Assembly: GCA_053919585.1 (NCBI GenBank)
Contig: CM132804.1
Length of the DNA stretch: 64,000 bases
Origin: Euprymna scolopes
Lineage: Eukaryota
Strand: one strand, 5' to 3'
Shown here piece after piece: positions 1-13,548 of the stretch; position 1 is the first letter of the stretch; each line of letters opens with the position of its first letter. A program made the translations under genes and the position numbers. Below the pieces are notes generated by a model that did no database searches, was not told the origin of the DNA, and saw only the letters and a program-made list of their open reading frames with translations.

Positions 1-400
1 TTTCTCCATGTTCCATATCTCCAGAATAATCCCAGGATCATAATTATTCTTTTTATTTCGGTAAATGCTCATATTTTTTCCTTTTCCGCTTTTTGCACGT
101 TTCGCAATCCGTAACGAAAATATTACCTTTGGTTTCATAGGCGACTCTCCAAAGACAATCCTTTAATAATTATAAATCAGGCGTAAAGGAAAAATATTGA
201 CATTTGTCGACAAAAAAAATGAATAAATACATATTATGATTGTGGATTGATTCGTTCTTTGCAACTAATATGTACATATGCTCTGAAGACGGAAATATAA
301 CATCATTGGGCTTGTTTTTAAAAAATTTGGACGATATTAATTAAGAGATATATACCATAAAACATATATGGTTTGTATTTGTATAACCTTCGTTTATATA

Positions 401-404
<4 letters not shown>

Positions 405-474
<70 letters not shown>
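405..474. repeat. (GT)n microsatellite, representative of dozens of (TA)n, (GT)n, (CT)n, (TAT)n, (TAG)n and (GATA)n runs in the window
   Basis: Directly visible. Confidence 0.98.
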
Positions 475-477
<3 letters not shown>

Positions 478-1705
478 TAGTTTGTAGCAATACTCCGGTG
501 AAAGGGCATCCCACTTCTCTGTAATTTTTGTCCAAAGTTCTTCCAGATTTGAAATGTTATCATTGCGTTGCTGTTGCTTGATGTAATGCCATACGTTTTC
601 GATATAATTTAGGTCTGAATATTGTGCAGGCCAATCCAAACACGGAATATCACTCTTTAAGGAACCGCTTGACATTGCCAGCTGTGTAAATAGGAGCATT
701 ATCCTGCATGAAGATGGGATTATCATCCAAATTCCGGCCAATGTAAGGTAGAAAATGCTCAATCAACATATTAATGTACTTGGTCGAATTAATTCGACTT
801 TGCACCAATAATGCCCCACACCAAAAATGAACTTCCACCACCTTGGAGCGTTGAAACTGTGCACCTAGGATAAAATTCTTTGTCCTTTTTTTGACGGACG
901 TACTGCTTACCATCAATGCGCAACCTATTGAACTTGCTTTCGTCGCTAAAAATCACTTTCGACCAATATGAAGAATCGTGTTCTTCATTGCATCCAACGA
1001 AGTCCAGACAGCGCCTTCTGTTGTTTACAGAAATCATTGGCTTGCGTCTTGCAGCCTTACAAATTAAATTCCTTCAATCTGTTCTTAACTGTAGAAAGAG
1101 AGCACTATTTAACAATATTACACTGTTGTTGGATTTAGGCAGCCGTTTCAAATCTTTTTCTGAGGCTGCGGATCTTAGCATTGCCTTCCTTGTAAGAAGT
1201 AACTCTAAGACCAAATTTAGGGGCAGTACGAACACTGCCGGTGTTTCGGTGCTTTTGCACAGTCATTTGTATCGTTTTCTCATCACATTTCAATCTGCGG
1301 TCGATTTCTCGATTGGATAAACCAGAAAGGTGGAGATTAATGAGCTCCTGATGATCACTAAGAGAAAGTTGAGGCGTATGGACTAAACGTTAAATTGTAT
1401 AACCCGGAACAACAAGAATTACGATTAGAGATACTTAGAGATTAGAGATGGATATTTTAAGCTGGTTTTAAGCTCATTTGTTGCTGGGGAGTTTCTTTTT
1501 ACTTCTCGATTTGAAGTTATTTTTTTAAATTGACGTGAACACAAGGATACTTCAATTAGAAGTCAAATATGAACAGATAAAATTATAGAAGGATAAAAGG
1601 CGAATCAAATGAAGTATAGGTTGTCTAAACAGTTACATCCAATTTAGCTTAAATTTGCGGTTTTTGAAAAAATGACAAGTGCGGACTTTCTTTTTGGCGC
1701 CACTA
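475..1705 (-). mobile_element. Decayed Tc1-family (DD34E) DNA transposon, frameshifted transposase, 3' end lost at a (GT)n run
   Basis: Minus-strand ORFs 789-1037, 650-916 and 394-762 give successive Tc1 motifs: VIFSDESKF, GGGSSFLVWG, IFMQDNAPIY, DWPAQYSDLNYIENVW. D-to-E spacing is about 34 across a frameshift. A TIR-like end (TA)TAGTGGCGCCAAAAAAGAAAG lies on the minus strand at ~1686-1707, close to the Tc1 CAGTG start. Confidence 0.9.
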
Positions 1706-1805
1706 TATATATATACACACACACAAAACTTAGAACTTCATAAAATGTTATACCGCAAACAAAACGTTTCTCTGATCGGGCGCTTTGTGGTTATTTGGAA
1801 CTAGC

Positions 1806-1863
<58 letters not shown>

Positions 1864-2662
1864 CCAATATATATGTATTCATTGAAATGGTGTTCTGCAT
1901 TGTACAGATATTGACGACTATCAGTCTCCATCCATCTCTTTCCCCTGAGGCATTCATGAATTCATTATTGCTCATCATTCAGAACCCGATTCACGGTGTT
2001 TCCCCAAAGCGTTGTTGATGTATTCTCACGGCTTTCTTTGTAGTTGTACAAATAGTAGATTGCAGTTTCTCTCTATCCGAGCAGTAATACTGGGCGATTA
2101 TTCTGACTATTGTATTCAAAGGACTCTTCTGCTCAGCATAAGAAATTATTATTCCGCAAACAAAAAGAATGATTTCTGATTGCTTCCACAATACATCAGT
2201 CACCTGCGTTCCATAAACTCACGTTACCCTGATCGGGGAGCTGAAGTGGGTTCTCAGCCTTACCTAAGTGTCTCTTACAGATTAGCAGAGGAAAGGAGAC
2301 ACCTTACGTTTCCTTCGACAGTAGTACAATCCCGCCACTCTCTCGCTCATATAACAGCTCATTAGTTACTTTTTATTTTTTTACCAACTAGAGATGAAAA
2401 TTAAAATAATAGAAAAAAAAATCTTTTTGAAAGCATTATTTAATTTCTTTCCTACAGCTGTTTCGCCTGGAATGTGATAATGTTTTGTGTTCAATGAGCA
2501 TGTGTTTAACTTAAACAGAATAACGTTTTCTCTAATCGCTTAATGGCCTCAAAGAGATAATAATATATTTTGTACATTAACATAAAACATTCCCATTCTA
2601 GGTGAAACAGCTGAAGGAAAGAAAAAATATTTTTAAAAATATACGGATTTACCCCCCTCTCC

Positions 2663-2715
<53 letters not shown>

Positions 2716-3581
2716 CGCCGAAATTGTGCTTTTTATTTCATTTTTATTTTTCTGTCAGAGATTCATGTGAGAAAGCTGAGACCATCGCATGCGAGCTGAA
2801 AAAAAACACCTCTCGATCTCTATTTCTCGTCATTAGCGATAGCTTTGTTGTTTTTCTTGTTTTTCTTGTTGTTTTCTTCTATTTTCTAATTGGTTAGTCT
2901 TTCCTGTAGCTGGTCCAATCAAATATGGCCGCGTACGTATTCATCGTTTATTAAAACGTGGACGTTTCCATGCATGGCGTCAGCACTTCCATTTGCCTGT
3001 GCACAAGCTTTGCTCTTCTTTCAGACAAAATATTCGCTTCTTTAAAATCGTTGAAAACCCTTTCGGTTTCACAGTTTCATTTTTAGTTGATTGAAATCTT
3101 AAAGGAAGCTTAATCTGACTTTCATTGGCCGTGTAACGTTCCCCATGTCTGTATTCAGCATTTTGTAAAAAAAAAAAAAAAAAGAGAGAAAAAAAAAGAA
3201 AAATCAATCAAAATCCATTGATAAAATTTTTTTGTCTCAAATACAACTCACGGGAGTGTACTTTTTACATCAAAAATGTCAATGTTTGCACTAATATTCA
3301 TATTCATATAAAATAACGTCGTAGTTGGCAAAGTTAAAAAACATTTGAAAGAAAATGTCTCAATCTGGAAAGTTTAAAAGAAGAAAGAAAAACGTAGTAA
3401 TTAACATAGAAAGACTAAAGGACAAAAAAAATATATGGAAATAGTGTGAAAAACTTCTTTCCAGATTCATTTTAGACGGTGGAGATTATAAGAATTACTA
3501 TTTGTTTTCTCCCTTCTTCTAAACAATCGAAATGTTTCGTCCGGCAGTTATTTTTTATATCATCTTTCACATTCTGAGAAC

Positions 3582-3657
<76 letters not shown>

Positions 3658-4772
3658 GTTGATCTTTATTATAGTGTAAAGGCCTCTTGTTTAATGACTA
3701 ATTGAAAATATACACTCCCTCATGACTCTCATATCTGCCGTCATACTAACAGTTAAAAAAATGTTCCACCTGAAATTACCTACAACGAGCAAGAATTGCT
3801 GCTCTTTGTGTTTAGACCGCAAGGGATCTATTGAATTAGAAAAAAGTATAATTCTGTCAGATTCTTGTGGGCCAATGTCCCAGACACTACACGCGCTTTC
3901 GAAGTATCCGATCATGGCAAAATTTTCACCCATCAAATACCTCTAATTGAGAAATTTGAATTCCTCATTAAGCCGATGCCATGTCTAACGTTGTTGCAAT
4001 GACGAGGGGTGAAAGAGCATGTCATTATTCTTGCACAGGGGTGACGCATGAAGATTCTATGCATCTCCAGAAACAGTGACGACAAGAGCCAATTCTTCCA
4101 ATCATTTTCCAAAACTGCTCTCTCATATCCCTATCCCCCCCTCCTCTCCAAAAATGTTTAAATCTTTACCAGATGTTTTTATTTATTCCCTGGACTTAAT
4201 TTCACTCGATTCTATTTTGCATTAAAACGTATGACGGATTATATAACAGTTTTTTTGTTTTTAATTACATTATTTTTATTTAAAGACATATTTCTGCCAA
4301 AACGAACGCTGAATAACGTTACTGTTGTTGTTATATATCAAAAGCAATAGATTACGCTAACGTGACGCATTTACCCTTACTATGATATTTATATCTCTCG
4401 CATTGCGGGATGATGCTATACAAGGGTCGGAAAATAAAATTTGAGGAGCCAGCGCCATACAAAAGGAGCATTCCGCCTCAGGCGATTAACAATAAATTAA
4501 CTTCTTCTCAAAGGATGAGAAGGCAAAGTTTGAAAGTGTGGACCGCCTAGAACTGCACAGGACTAGAGAGATATCTTAGCCAACAGAAAACATACCATCT
4601 CAACAATAGCCTAGTTTGTTGGATTTTAGTATTGTTATAGAATCGCTCTCACTTCCAAATCGGGCTTAGGTTTAGGGTTTTCAATTGTAAACTCGTTCTC
4701 AGGTCACTCCAAAATCTCATAAAACTATCCGATTGAAAACAGGAGTATTCTATAAAATTACACTATTTTTTT

Positions 4773-4811
<39 letters not shown>

Positions 4812-5282
4812 GAAGCCATTTTGCATAAAAGAGGTTTTAGCTACTGCATTGTAAAGTACCCTTTTTCTTTTGTTTTTAAATGATAGGATAATTAAGTAAG
4901 GGAAAGGTGTTTCATGAGCACAACACAGACCATGAAAACATTACATTTTTTAACTACAGTATTTTTAATTTTTTTTTTTTTTTTTTTTTTTTTGCCGATT
5001 CGACTAACAATTTTCATTCAACATATACGACGTATCCCTGCTGAATGAAAACCAGTTTTCATCTCTTTCTACATTTTTCGCTTTCCTTTCTTTGAAACTT
5101 CTATATTTACTCACGCTCAACTTATATTCGGTTTTTCTAATTAGTTTTTGTAAAGAAAAAAAAAAGAATTTAGAACGTCATTCCTGTTATAATTTTAATG
5201 GGCATTTTATGATTACTGATATTTTAAAAGATGAAGGTGGTCTGTTTCATTTTGTTTTCAAATAAAATAGACTCTTCTGCAG

Positions 5283-5428
5283 GCACGACGCGTGGAAAGG
5301 GTCAAAGATGGCGAGCAGACCGGAATGAATTACAGAATGGACGATCGCGGTGAGGCGAGACGAAAACAATGGAAACCGAAGACGATCACGGATCGCAAAG
5401 AGAATGAAAAATGGAGGGAAAAAAAGTC
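5283..5428 (+). CDS. Putative first coding exon of the large membrane-protein gene: (ARRVERVKDGEQTG)MNYRMDDRGEARRKQWKPKTITDRKENEKWREKKS
   Basis: Purine/GC-rich island with acceptor ctcttctgcag| and consensus donor TC|GTGAGT at 5429. The frame is open throughout and ends in phase 2, matching the phase-2 acceptor at 29308 (TC+C = Ser, ...WREKKS-KWLSHVQ...). Not in the ORF track; linkage across 24 kb is inferred. Confidence 0.65.
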
Positions 5429-6844
5429 GTGAGTGCCTAATACTGGGCGATTCCATTAATTAGTTTGATGCTTTTTCTTATTCAAATTCATAAGAAAACG
5501 GTTGAAATCCGTGACATTTTGTTTAATGAAATTAAAGATAAAGGTGTAAGACAGAAAATAATATTTAACGAGACGATATTGCATACATACACACAAGAAC
5601 GTGCATAGATACTTGTACATATACACAAATAACTATATGTGTATGCTTGTGTGCGCGCGATCCATCCATAAACACGATGATAACTATTTCTAAACCAGTA
5701 TAAAATAGTGCTAAGTCTTCATTGGTCATATTTAATGGACAGGAAAAAATTCGTTTGCGATTTATTGTCACTTTTCCAATATAGTTTGCGTTTAATATGA
5801 ACAATTATCGGATCTATTTAAAACTTTAAGCATAACAGACCAAACTTAACCGTAACAAACTGATGAAACTTATTTGATTTAAACTAAATGGGCTAAATTT
5901 TTTTAATAAAAAAAAGTATTGATTTCTTATATATAATTTTATGTATCCACATAAAATTTTATAAGAAGCTATATGTCTGGATTTTCAGTATTTACTTCGA
6001 CAGTGCTTAATACGTGAGTAAAGCTATATAATGAGTTATGAAAAATATATGGCAATTCAGCTACACAGAATTTTCCGCGTTTCCTTATTGTAAGGGCGCG
6101 TCAAGCTAAAATTTAACGTGACGATTCTTTATGGGGATGAAATGCTGAAAATTCTATGTAGTCTAATACCGAGATATATTTTTTATAACTTTCTATATAT
6201 ATACATATACGCACGTGGATGTGTGTGTAATTATACATTTAAATAAATAAGTATTCACTCGTTTATGAGTGCCCGATGATGATTTGGGTGGAACAAAAGG
6301 GGAAACATGCAATTTCGCTCTCATTAGTTGCTGTTTTGTCTTAAACATCACCTTTGGATAACTATGAGCAGCATTTATTTTTCTTCAAGACATACTTCAT
6401 TATACAGCACCGACGACATGTGTTTCTATATTTTCTCTTTAATACGTTCCAGAAGCCTGTTCATGTTTCAGGTAGGAAATGGTAGATGAATCTGTTGTAC
6501 TAGTTGGGTACTCTAGTACCTTCGTTTCCTTCTTATACTATCTTCTGAATATATAAAAATATGTATACATGCATATATTGTATATATACATAAGTGATAA
6601 TAATAATTATAATAATAATATAATGAGCCTCGTCAGTACGAAAATGAGTGACGATTTAGTAATTCCAGGTACTGTATGTGCTCTCCGCTCGCTTATCTCG
6701 ACATTGTTTCCAGTCGTCCTGGATTTCACTTTGCTACTGGCTTTAAGGAGAGTTGTGGTTGGAGATTGTGCAACTCCTACCTCACAATTACATGCGCAGG
6801 TATCTATCCTTACAGGGGGTAATCATTCTTACGAGACGGAACAG

Positions 6845-6899
<55 letters not shown>

Positions 6900-6907
6900 A
6901 TCTACGG

Positions 6908-6941
6908 ACAGACTGTTTCGCTGTATTACAGCTCTTCTGCT
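6908..6941 (-). ncRNA. Minimal hammerhead-like motif with one core substitution
   Basis: Minus strand: CAGAAGA-GCTGT-AAT-ACAGC-GAAAC-A-GTC-TGT. CUGA is changed to CAGA; stem II is perfect. Confidence 0.5.
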
Positions 6942-7220
6942 GCTAGACTAACAATTACGTCAAACCAACCGTTACGCTATTTGGCTGTTGCTACGGTGGG
7001 TGAAATTATAATGTTCAAACATTGCCCAAACACCTAAGCTCTATTTGTTTACACAAAGATCATTGCTTTATACGCTAGCGGCAGTTTGTTATTTCACTCC
7101 CAATATGTTCAACCTAAGTTGAAGAGCATTTTAGTAATCCCCAGACAGACTGTTTCACAGCTTTAGACTAACAACTACGTCAAGCCAGGATTGATACTCG
7201 ACCGCCTAATCGCTTAAAAA

Positions 7221-7278
<58 letters not shown>

Positions 7279-7518
7279 CAGCTCTCTGAAAACGGGAGTA
7301 ATTCTATAAAATTACATCTAGAAAGTTGACATTTTCTTGATCAGCGTTGTCCTGGATGAATAATATACATAAAATTCTTTGACTATAATCTGGCGTAGAT
7401 TTCGTTAGAAGAAGATTGTTTTCCATCTATTCGATGTATTGACTAAAGGGAAGTAATAATGATTTTAAGGAGTTATTTCCTTTGCACCGACATATTCCTT
7501 GAGTAATCTACAAAAGTG

Positions 7519-7571
<53 letters not shown>

Positions 7572-9205
7572 CACGCTTCGACAGTACATATACTAGCAAG
7601 GCACTAACACACGTGACTGGTGCTATGGGAATGTTTTTGAAATAATTAGAAATATTTGTCGTTTTCTTTCTGTTATTTAATGGTTAAGTAATGGGTTTCC
7701 GTTAATGCTATTCACTAAAATAACAAGCGTTAAACCTCCTCTCAATTATTTCGCTGGTAATGTTCAACTATTACTTTTTTGTCTCATTCTCATTTTAATG
7801 AAGTCGACACAAATTCATTTAATCGCTATGATTTTAACCGTCTTTCTGTTGCCAACAAAGCTTACAATTCTTTTGACATAAAATAATGAGCGACAAAAAG
7901 GTGTTCTATGCTCAACGGCACATCAAACCTTTTTTCGTTATTCAGTACAAAAACAAAATATCTGTTGTACTCTGCTGATTGGAACCGATTGATTAGAGAC
8001 AAGCTGATATTTCGAGCAAACTCGTTAGGAGAGGGGGGTATGTTCATTACTTTTTCGCAGATACTAATGCACGATTGAACGCATTAGATTTATTCGGATT
8101 TGAATGTGGCTTGCTGATTCCATAGTAATTGGTCGGTATTCGACCAACACAGCTCGTCAAGTAAAAGGATTAAATCTTAAATTGATCAAACATCTTGTGT
8201 AAGACTAGGTTGAAAAGTTAACAAATGTTATTAATATTGATATCATATGTTAATTTTAAAATATCGCTTTTATATCACATTATTTTAATTTATTGGGGGT
8301 TTGTTATAACTCGGGCTATGACAACAGAATATTCTTATCATTATTTTGACTCTCGAGTACATATCCGACATAGTTAGACATAGTTAATCAATCGAGAACC
8401 ACGTCACTTTGTATAACAACATATAAGATATCAACGGATATATATACTCGAAAGTCAAAACAATGAAAAGAATATGCTGTTGTCCTAGCACTAATTATGA
8501 TATTATTGGTAGGAATAGTAGCAGTAGTAATATTCTTAGCCCTCGTCATCATAGTAGTAGTAGTAGTAGTAGTAGTAGTATTCTAAATAGTACTTTCTTA
8601 CAGTAAATTTGTACGAATCAGCATGATTCGATATTTTTAGCGTGTCTATTTTGTTAGCATTTGCTTTCCCGGACCTTTCTAGAATCAGGTACTCACAGTA
8701 GAAATCATATAATGGTTGCACACATTCATAAGTGAAAGTGGTCCTATAGAACCGACTGGATTCGAACTTGTCGCACACCAATCCTTCCCATCATCCACTT
8801 GTCGACTACACGTACAGCAGTTGTTAATTATAACAACGTTAATAAAAGTAATTGCTTTACCTTGGGTAATAGTTAATTTTAATAACCTTAATGAAAAACG
8901 AATACTTTAATGAACAATTGATAAAATGACCGAGGGGGGGGGGCTAACTGTAGGGTTAAGCTGACATGAGTTCCTTCTGTACAGTCCCTACACTAGCAAT
9001 TCCAATCGATATTTGAATCTAGAATCTATTGAACATAATGGAGTGATAGGATTAGAACACTTCTTACCGGTTTTCGCCAACTGCATGATGAGATCACAAA
9101 TATTCGCAGAACTACTTCCTGAATATTTTCAGTGGCCAATGCATAAATTAGTACATTCTAACATCAATTTTTAATACCAATACTTAAACTTACATGAAAT
9201 TATTT

Positions 9206-9262
<57 letters not shown>

Positions 9263-9712
9263 ATATATATAATTACAAACATTACAAAGACAAATAAATA
9301 TTATCTTTAAACTTGGAACCTATCAAGATAATCAAAAGCTCAATATATATGCAATTAAAGAAATCGGAAAGATAGATGATGAATATAAAATTATATAAAT
9401 TACAATATTTACTGATTCGTCAAGGAATTATGATAATGAAAAATCCTTAATTCATGGATTTTCAAAGATATGCTTTTTTCATCAGAGGATAAAAATTATT
9501 ACAAAATTTTTCCACAATGCATCAGCGGTTAGCATAAATTTGAAAATATATAGAAATATAAAGAATATATATGAAGAGGATATGAAAAGAAGATATCTTT
9601 GAAAATCTATGGATTAAGGATTTCCCATTGTTATAATTCTTTTTTGAATTTAATGCATCAATAAATATTATAATTTATTCAATTTTATCTTCATTGTCTA
9701 TATTTTCCATTT

Positions 9713-9766
<54 letters not shown>

Positions 9767-9974
9767 CAAACTAGTGTTTCATTGTAAACAACTGATGATC
9801 CCTGAAATAATATTAGGACAATTTAAAATCTGAGAAAGCAAGTTAATTTAGTGATTGCAGGAGATTAAAAATAATTTTCCAACGAAGCAACCAATGAAGT
9901 TTTAACGAGGTTAATGCAAGAGTGCTCAATACTGAAGTAGGGCAAGATATTCTTATTCTTACATAGGTATTTAT

Positions 9975-10046
9975 ATATCGCTACACATTCATGAGCATGT
10001 TTCGATCGGCCAGGTACAAGTAACTAGAAAATTCTTCAGGCGATAT
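9975..10046 (-). ncRNA. Type I hammerhead-ribozyme-like motif with decayed stem II
   Basis: Minus strand: ATATCGC-CTGAAGA-[stem II]-GAAACATGCTCATGAATGTGTA-GCGATAT. Perfect 7-bp stem I, intact CUGANGA and GAAA core, GUA cleavage triplet. Confidence 0.6.
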
Positions 10047-13000
10047 TGCTTATACAAAAGTAGAGCCCGGACTTCACTTTTGTACTAGCAATATCGCCTG
10101 AAGTGGTCTCTAGTTACTTGTAACTAGCTGACCGAAACTTTTCAACACTACATTCATAATAGCTTGAAAAGAACAATCTATCACGACACAATGCTCTTAA
10201 AAAATAAACAAATTCGTATTTTAAGATTGACTTATTCTCATAATATTTAATTCATTAGTGTTCGAAAACCATGTATATATTTAGTCAATTTGAAAATACG
10301 TTTGTTGACTTTTTGTATGGCGGTATACTCTGTGTCGTGTTAAACACGTTCCTTTCAGCTGATAATATAAACAGTTTGCTGAAAATGCTCTTGGTTCACG
10401 GGAAATTTCAATGTATTGAAAGAATTTTAAAATATCAAAATTGACTCTTTTTTACAGTGACAAAAGAATTATACTCTTGCGTTATTTTGCTTCTTTTTTT
10501 TTCAACTTTATTAACAAAAGTAGAGATGAATATTTAAAAACCGGTAGAATGTTTAGTCCCATCACTGCTGAATGTGAAAATGATCATTTGACTTGTATTA
10601 CTAACCATCCTGTTTGAGCTGTGTGCTTTCGCTAACATGTTTAATTTTTTTTTTCTTGTTTTATTCTCGACTTTTTAATTACCGTTGTAAGCAACTGTAA
10701 TACAAGGGAAATAATCCTATTTATTTTCTCGTTTCTCGTCGAAAAAAAAAGTTACTTCCCTTGGCATAAAAGCGAGACAATCTTTTTTGTTATAAAAGAA
10801 TGCTTTTATTTTTCTGTTAAATTCATTTACAAATGAACAAAGGGACCTCGGACGTACGTCGATCTTGTTACTACACTAACTCTTTTCCATAGGTCTGCCC
10901 GTCTGTCAGATTCCCCCTCAACCCCGGCACCAAAAGTTAAACTGTTAAATAAGCTTTGTTTGCGTACATGTATGTGACCTAATTTAAAATCACAGCTTTC
11001 TCGGGCATTACCATTCTTTTGTCAATCAGACTATTGACATACGTCAGGAACAAAGGGATTTTTCCACTTTGTCATTACTTTTCAAAATAATTCTTCATTA
11101 TTTTGTTTTTTTATTTTGACAAGCCCGTTTACAGACGTTCCGGATTCTAGTTTGCGTCTTATCTAATAACTGCTCAGCATATAAGAGGGTTTTGTTCATC
11201 ATTTATTAATTAACATCATCTAACTAAAAACAATTTAGTATAATATATCAAAATAAGATGGCGTGACTTGTGTTTAAGCAGAAAAAAAAAACGCCATTCA
11301 CTCAAAATGATACAACTACCGAATTGTTTAAAATTGCTCGTTTATGCTGTTTTGTTTTTTTCTTGTTCTCACTCAGATTTTGATGGTGACCAGAATGGTT
11401 TCCCATGTAAGGCAGCCATTTTAGGTTGCATAATATCGAAATACGAAATTTGCTTTAAACTATTATATTGCAAAGAAGGCATCGAAACACCACTGTTACC
11501 CCATCCATAGTTTAGAAAGTGAAAAGTTCATGCCGTTTCCAACGTGACAGATCCGAATGAATTTGAATTCTGTTTGTCAATTCTAGAGTAATCATCGGTA
11601 TAATTCCGCGTGTTGTATCGTTCTCCACATAAAGTTGCAGGTGCAACAGAGGTTGGTTTCTTTTATTTTCTCAGCCAAGATTTGAATTTTGATTTTGCTT
11701 CACTTTTCAAACTTTCAATAGTGGTAGCAAAAAAACAAAAAAAAAAACAAACAAAAAAAAAACTTATTTTGGACAACAGACCATAACCGGTCTTTTAAGT
11801 CTCTTACTTTTTTATTTTTGTTCTTACAAATGATGAAGATAGGGAATCAGGGCCTCTGTGATCAAGGCCTGATGGCTAACTCTGGTTGGCCTTTGTTATG
11901 GCTGGAGTGTCACTTCCAACGACAGAAAGGTCTGAACCATTGTTTACCTCTTCTCGCCTGGTGTATAAACGGGTTGAGGGGATCTTTTATTCTGGGAGCC
12001 GGTCTGCCGGTATTTGCTTTTATTTTTCTTCATATTTTTATATATATATAATTAATAGACCTCATAGTGGACATTGAAATCGGCAATAAGTTTTAAATCT
12101 GGCCAAAGCTCTAAGATTCACTTATGTACGAATACAGGTATGAACCTTAGAATCTACTTACTATGAGCAAAATAGCAGCATATAGTCAATGAATTATTGG
12201 CTATTATGCTACGGCATTACATAATTCATCGACTTGATAAATGGGAAAGCAAAAAAAAAAGCCATTGAAATGCAATGACATTTGAGAAGCATCGAATCAT
12301 CAAAACAAGAAAAGCGAAAGAAATGAAATCACTTGTTTTAATGGCAAGACTGTTTGCTTATTAGTATTAGAATTAGTTTTATTAGTATTAGAATTAGTTT
12401 TATTAGTGTTAGAATTATTTTTGTAGCAGTAGCAATAGTAGAACTTATTTGAATTCATGCATCAGTTGTCACCAGTAAATAATCCCTTATAAAACCGGTG
12501 ACTTTCCCTGGAGTTTGAGTAACATTTCCCCCAAGATTTCAAATATTAACCATTCTATTCCACGACAATTGTAGCTTGCTTGGTGTTCTTGTACCAGTCT
12601 GTTTTTCCCTGGGATCTGCGTTACAATAAGCGTTTTCATTATTATTAGTAGTAGTAGCATTGCTATTTGCTTCTGGAATTTGGGGCTCATGGCAATAGCC
12701 TTTAAAACTAAATATTAGACCCATCTTTAAAACCTCGTTCAAGCTATTACTCCCTTTACTTACAAAAGAAGAAAGAGGAGGTGCAATTCATGCCTCATGT
12801 GTTGCGTATTCATCTCCATCATACGGAGAGGAGATGTGACACAAGGACGGGAAAGTGAGATTTGAAAAATCATCACTCTACAGGAGGAGCTCTTTGTCCT
12901 GGAAAAATAGCTTTGGTAGCCCCGCCGACATACCCGAGAGGGGCTGCCCAGTCGATTGGCAATAAATTAACCCCTTCTCAAAAAGTGAGAGTGCAAAGCA

Positions 13001-13548
13001 TGACCCCCACCCCGATCCCCAGCCTAGACCGTCGCAAAGCCCTAGAACCTTTGCCCCGCCAGATTAGACCAACCTATAAATGTTGCCTTTGAGGGGAAGG
13101 AAATAAAATATCTACTATTTTTTATTTGTTCTTCTTAAACATTTTAGACAAACTAATTCATAATAGTTTTTTGTGTGTGAATTTAAAAAAAACATTTTTA
13201 CATTTAAAAAAAAAAAAAAACCCGTTTATGTTATTTCTTTATAATTCAAGTTAAAGTTACTTGCTGTTCCTGTGTGGCTACTAAATGGTATTACCACCCT
13301 TGCCAACCTTTACCAGTCGGCAAAACGTGCTGTAATGTTACCTTCCAAGCTTTACCTGCGTTTCATCTCGGCCACTGCTGATTATTTTTTTTTTTTTTTT
13401 ACCGTTCCCCGAAACCGCTTTCAAATGTTCAGATGTTCAAATTTAAATATTAACAAACTTTTGAAGCGTGAGTTTTAGATAGTGAGTGTTAAAAGTATTA
13501 AATTATAGACATTTTAATGCAGAAATCGGCAGATATTAAAGTGATTTA

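Noticed and set aside
341-535. ORFs with HT, YI, CV, SL or poly-Y/N repeats across the window
   Set aside because: Translations of microsatellites.
2745-2945. Promoter or non-coding first exon (CCAAT, aatatggccgc, possible GTACGT donor)
   Set aside because: Short motifs only; cannot be distinguished from chance without transcript data.
4661-4680. Telomeric repeat (ttaggtttaggg)
   Set aside because: Only two imperfect units.
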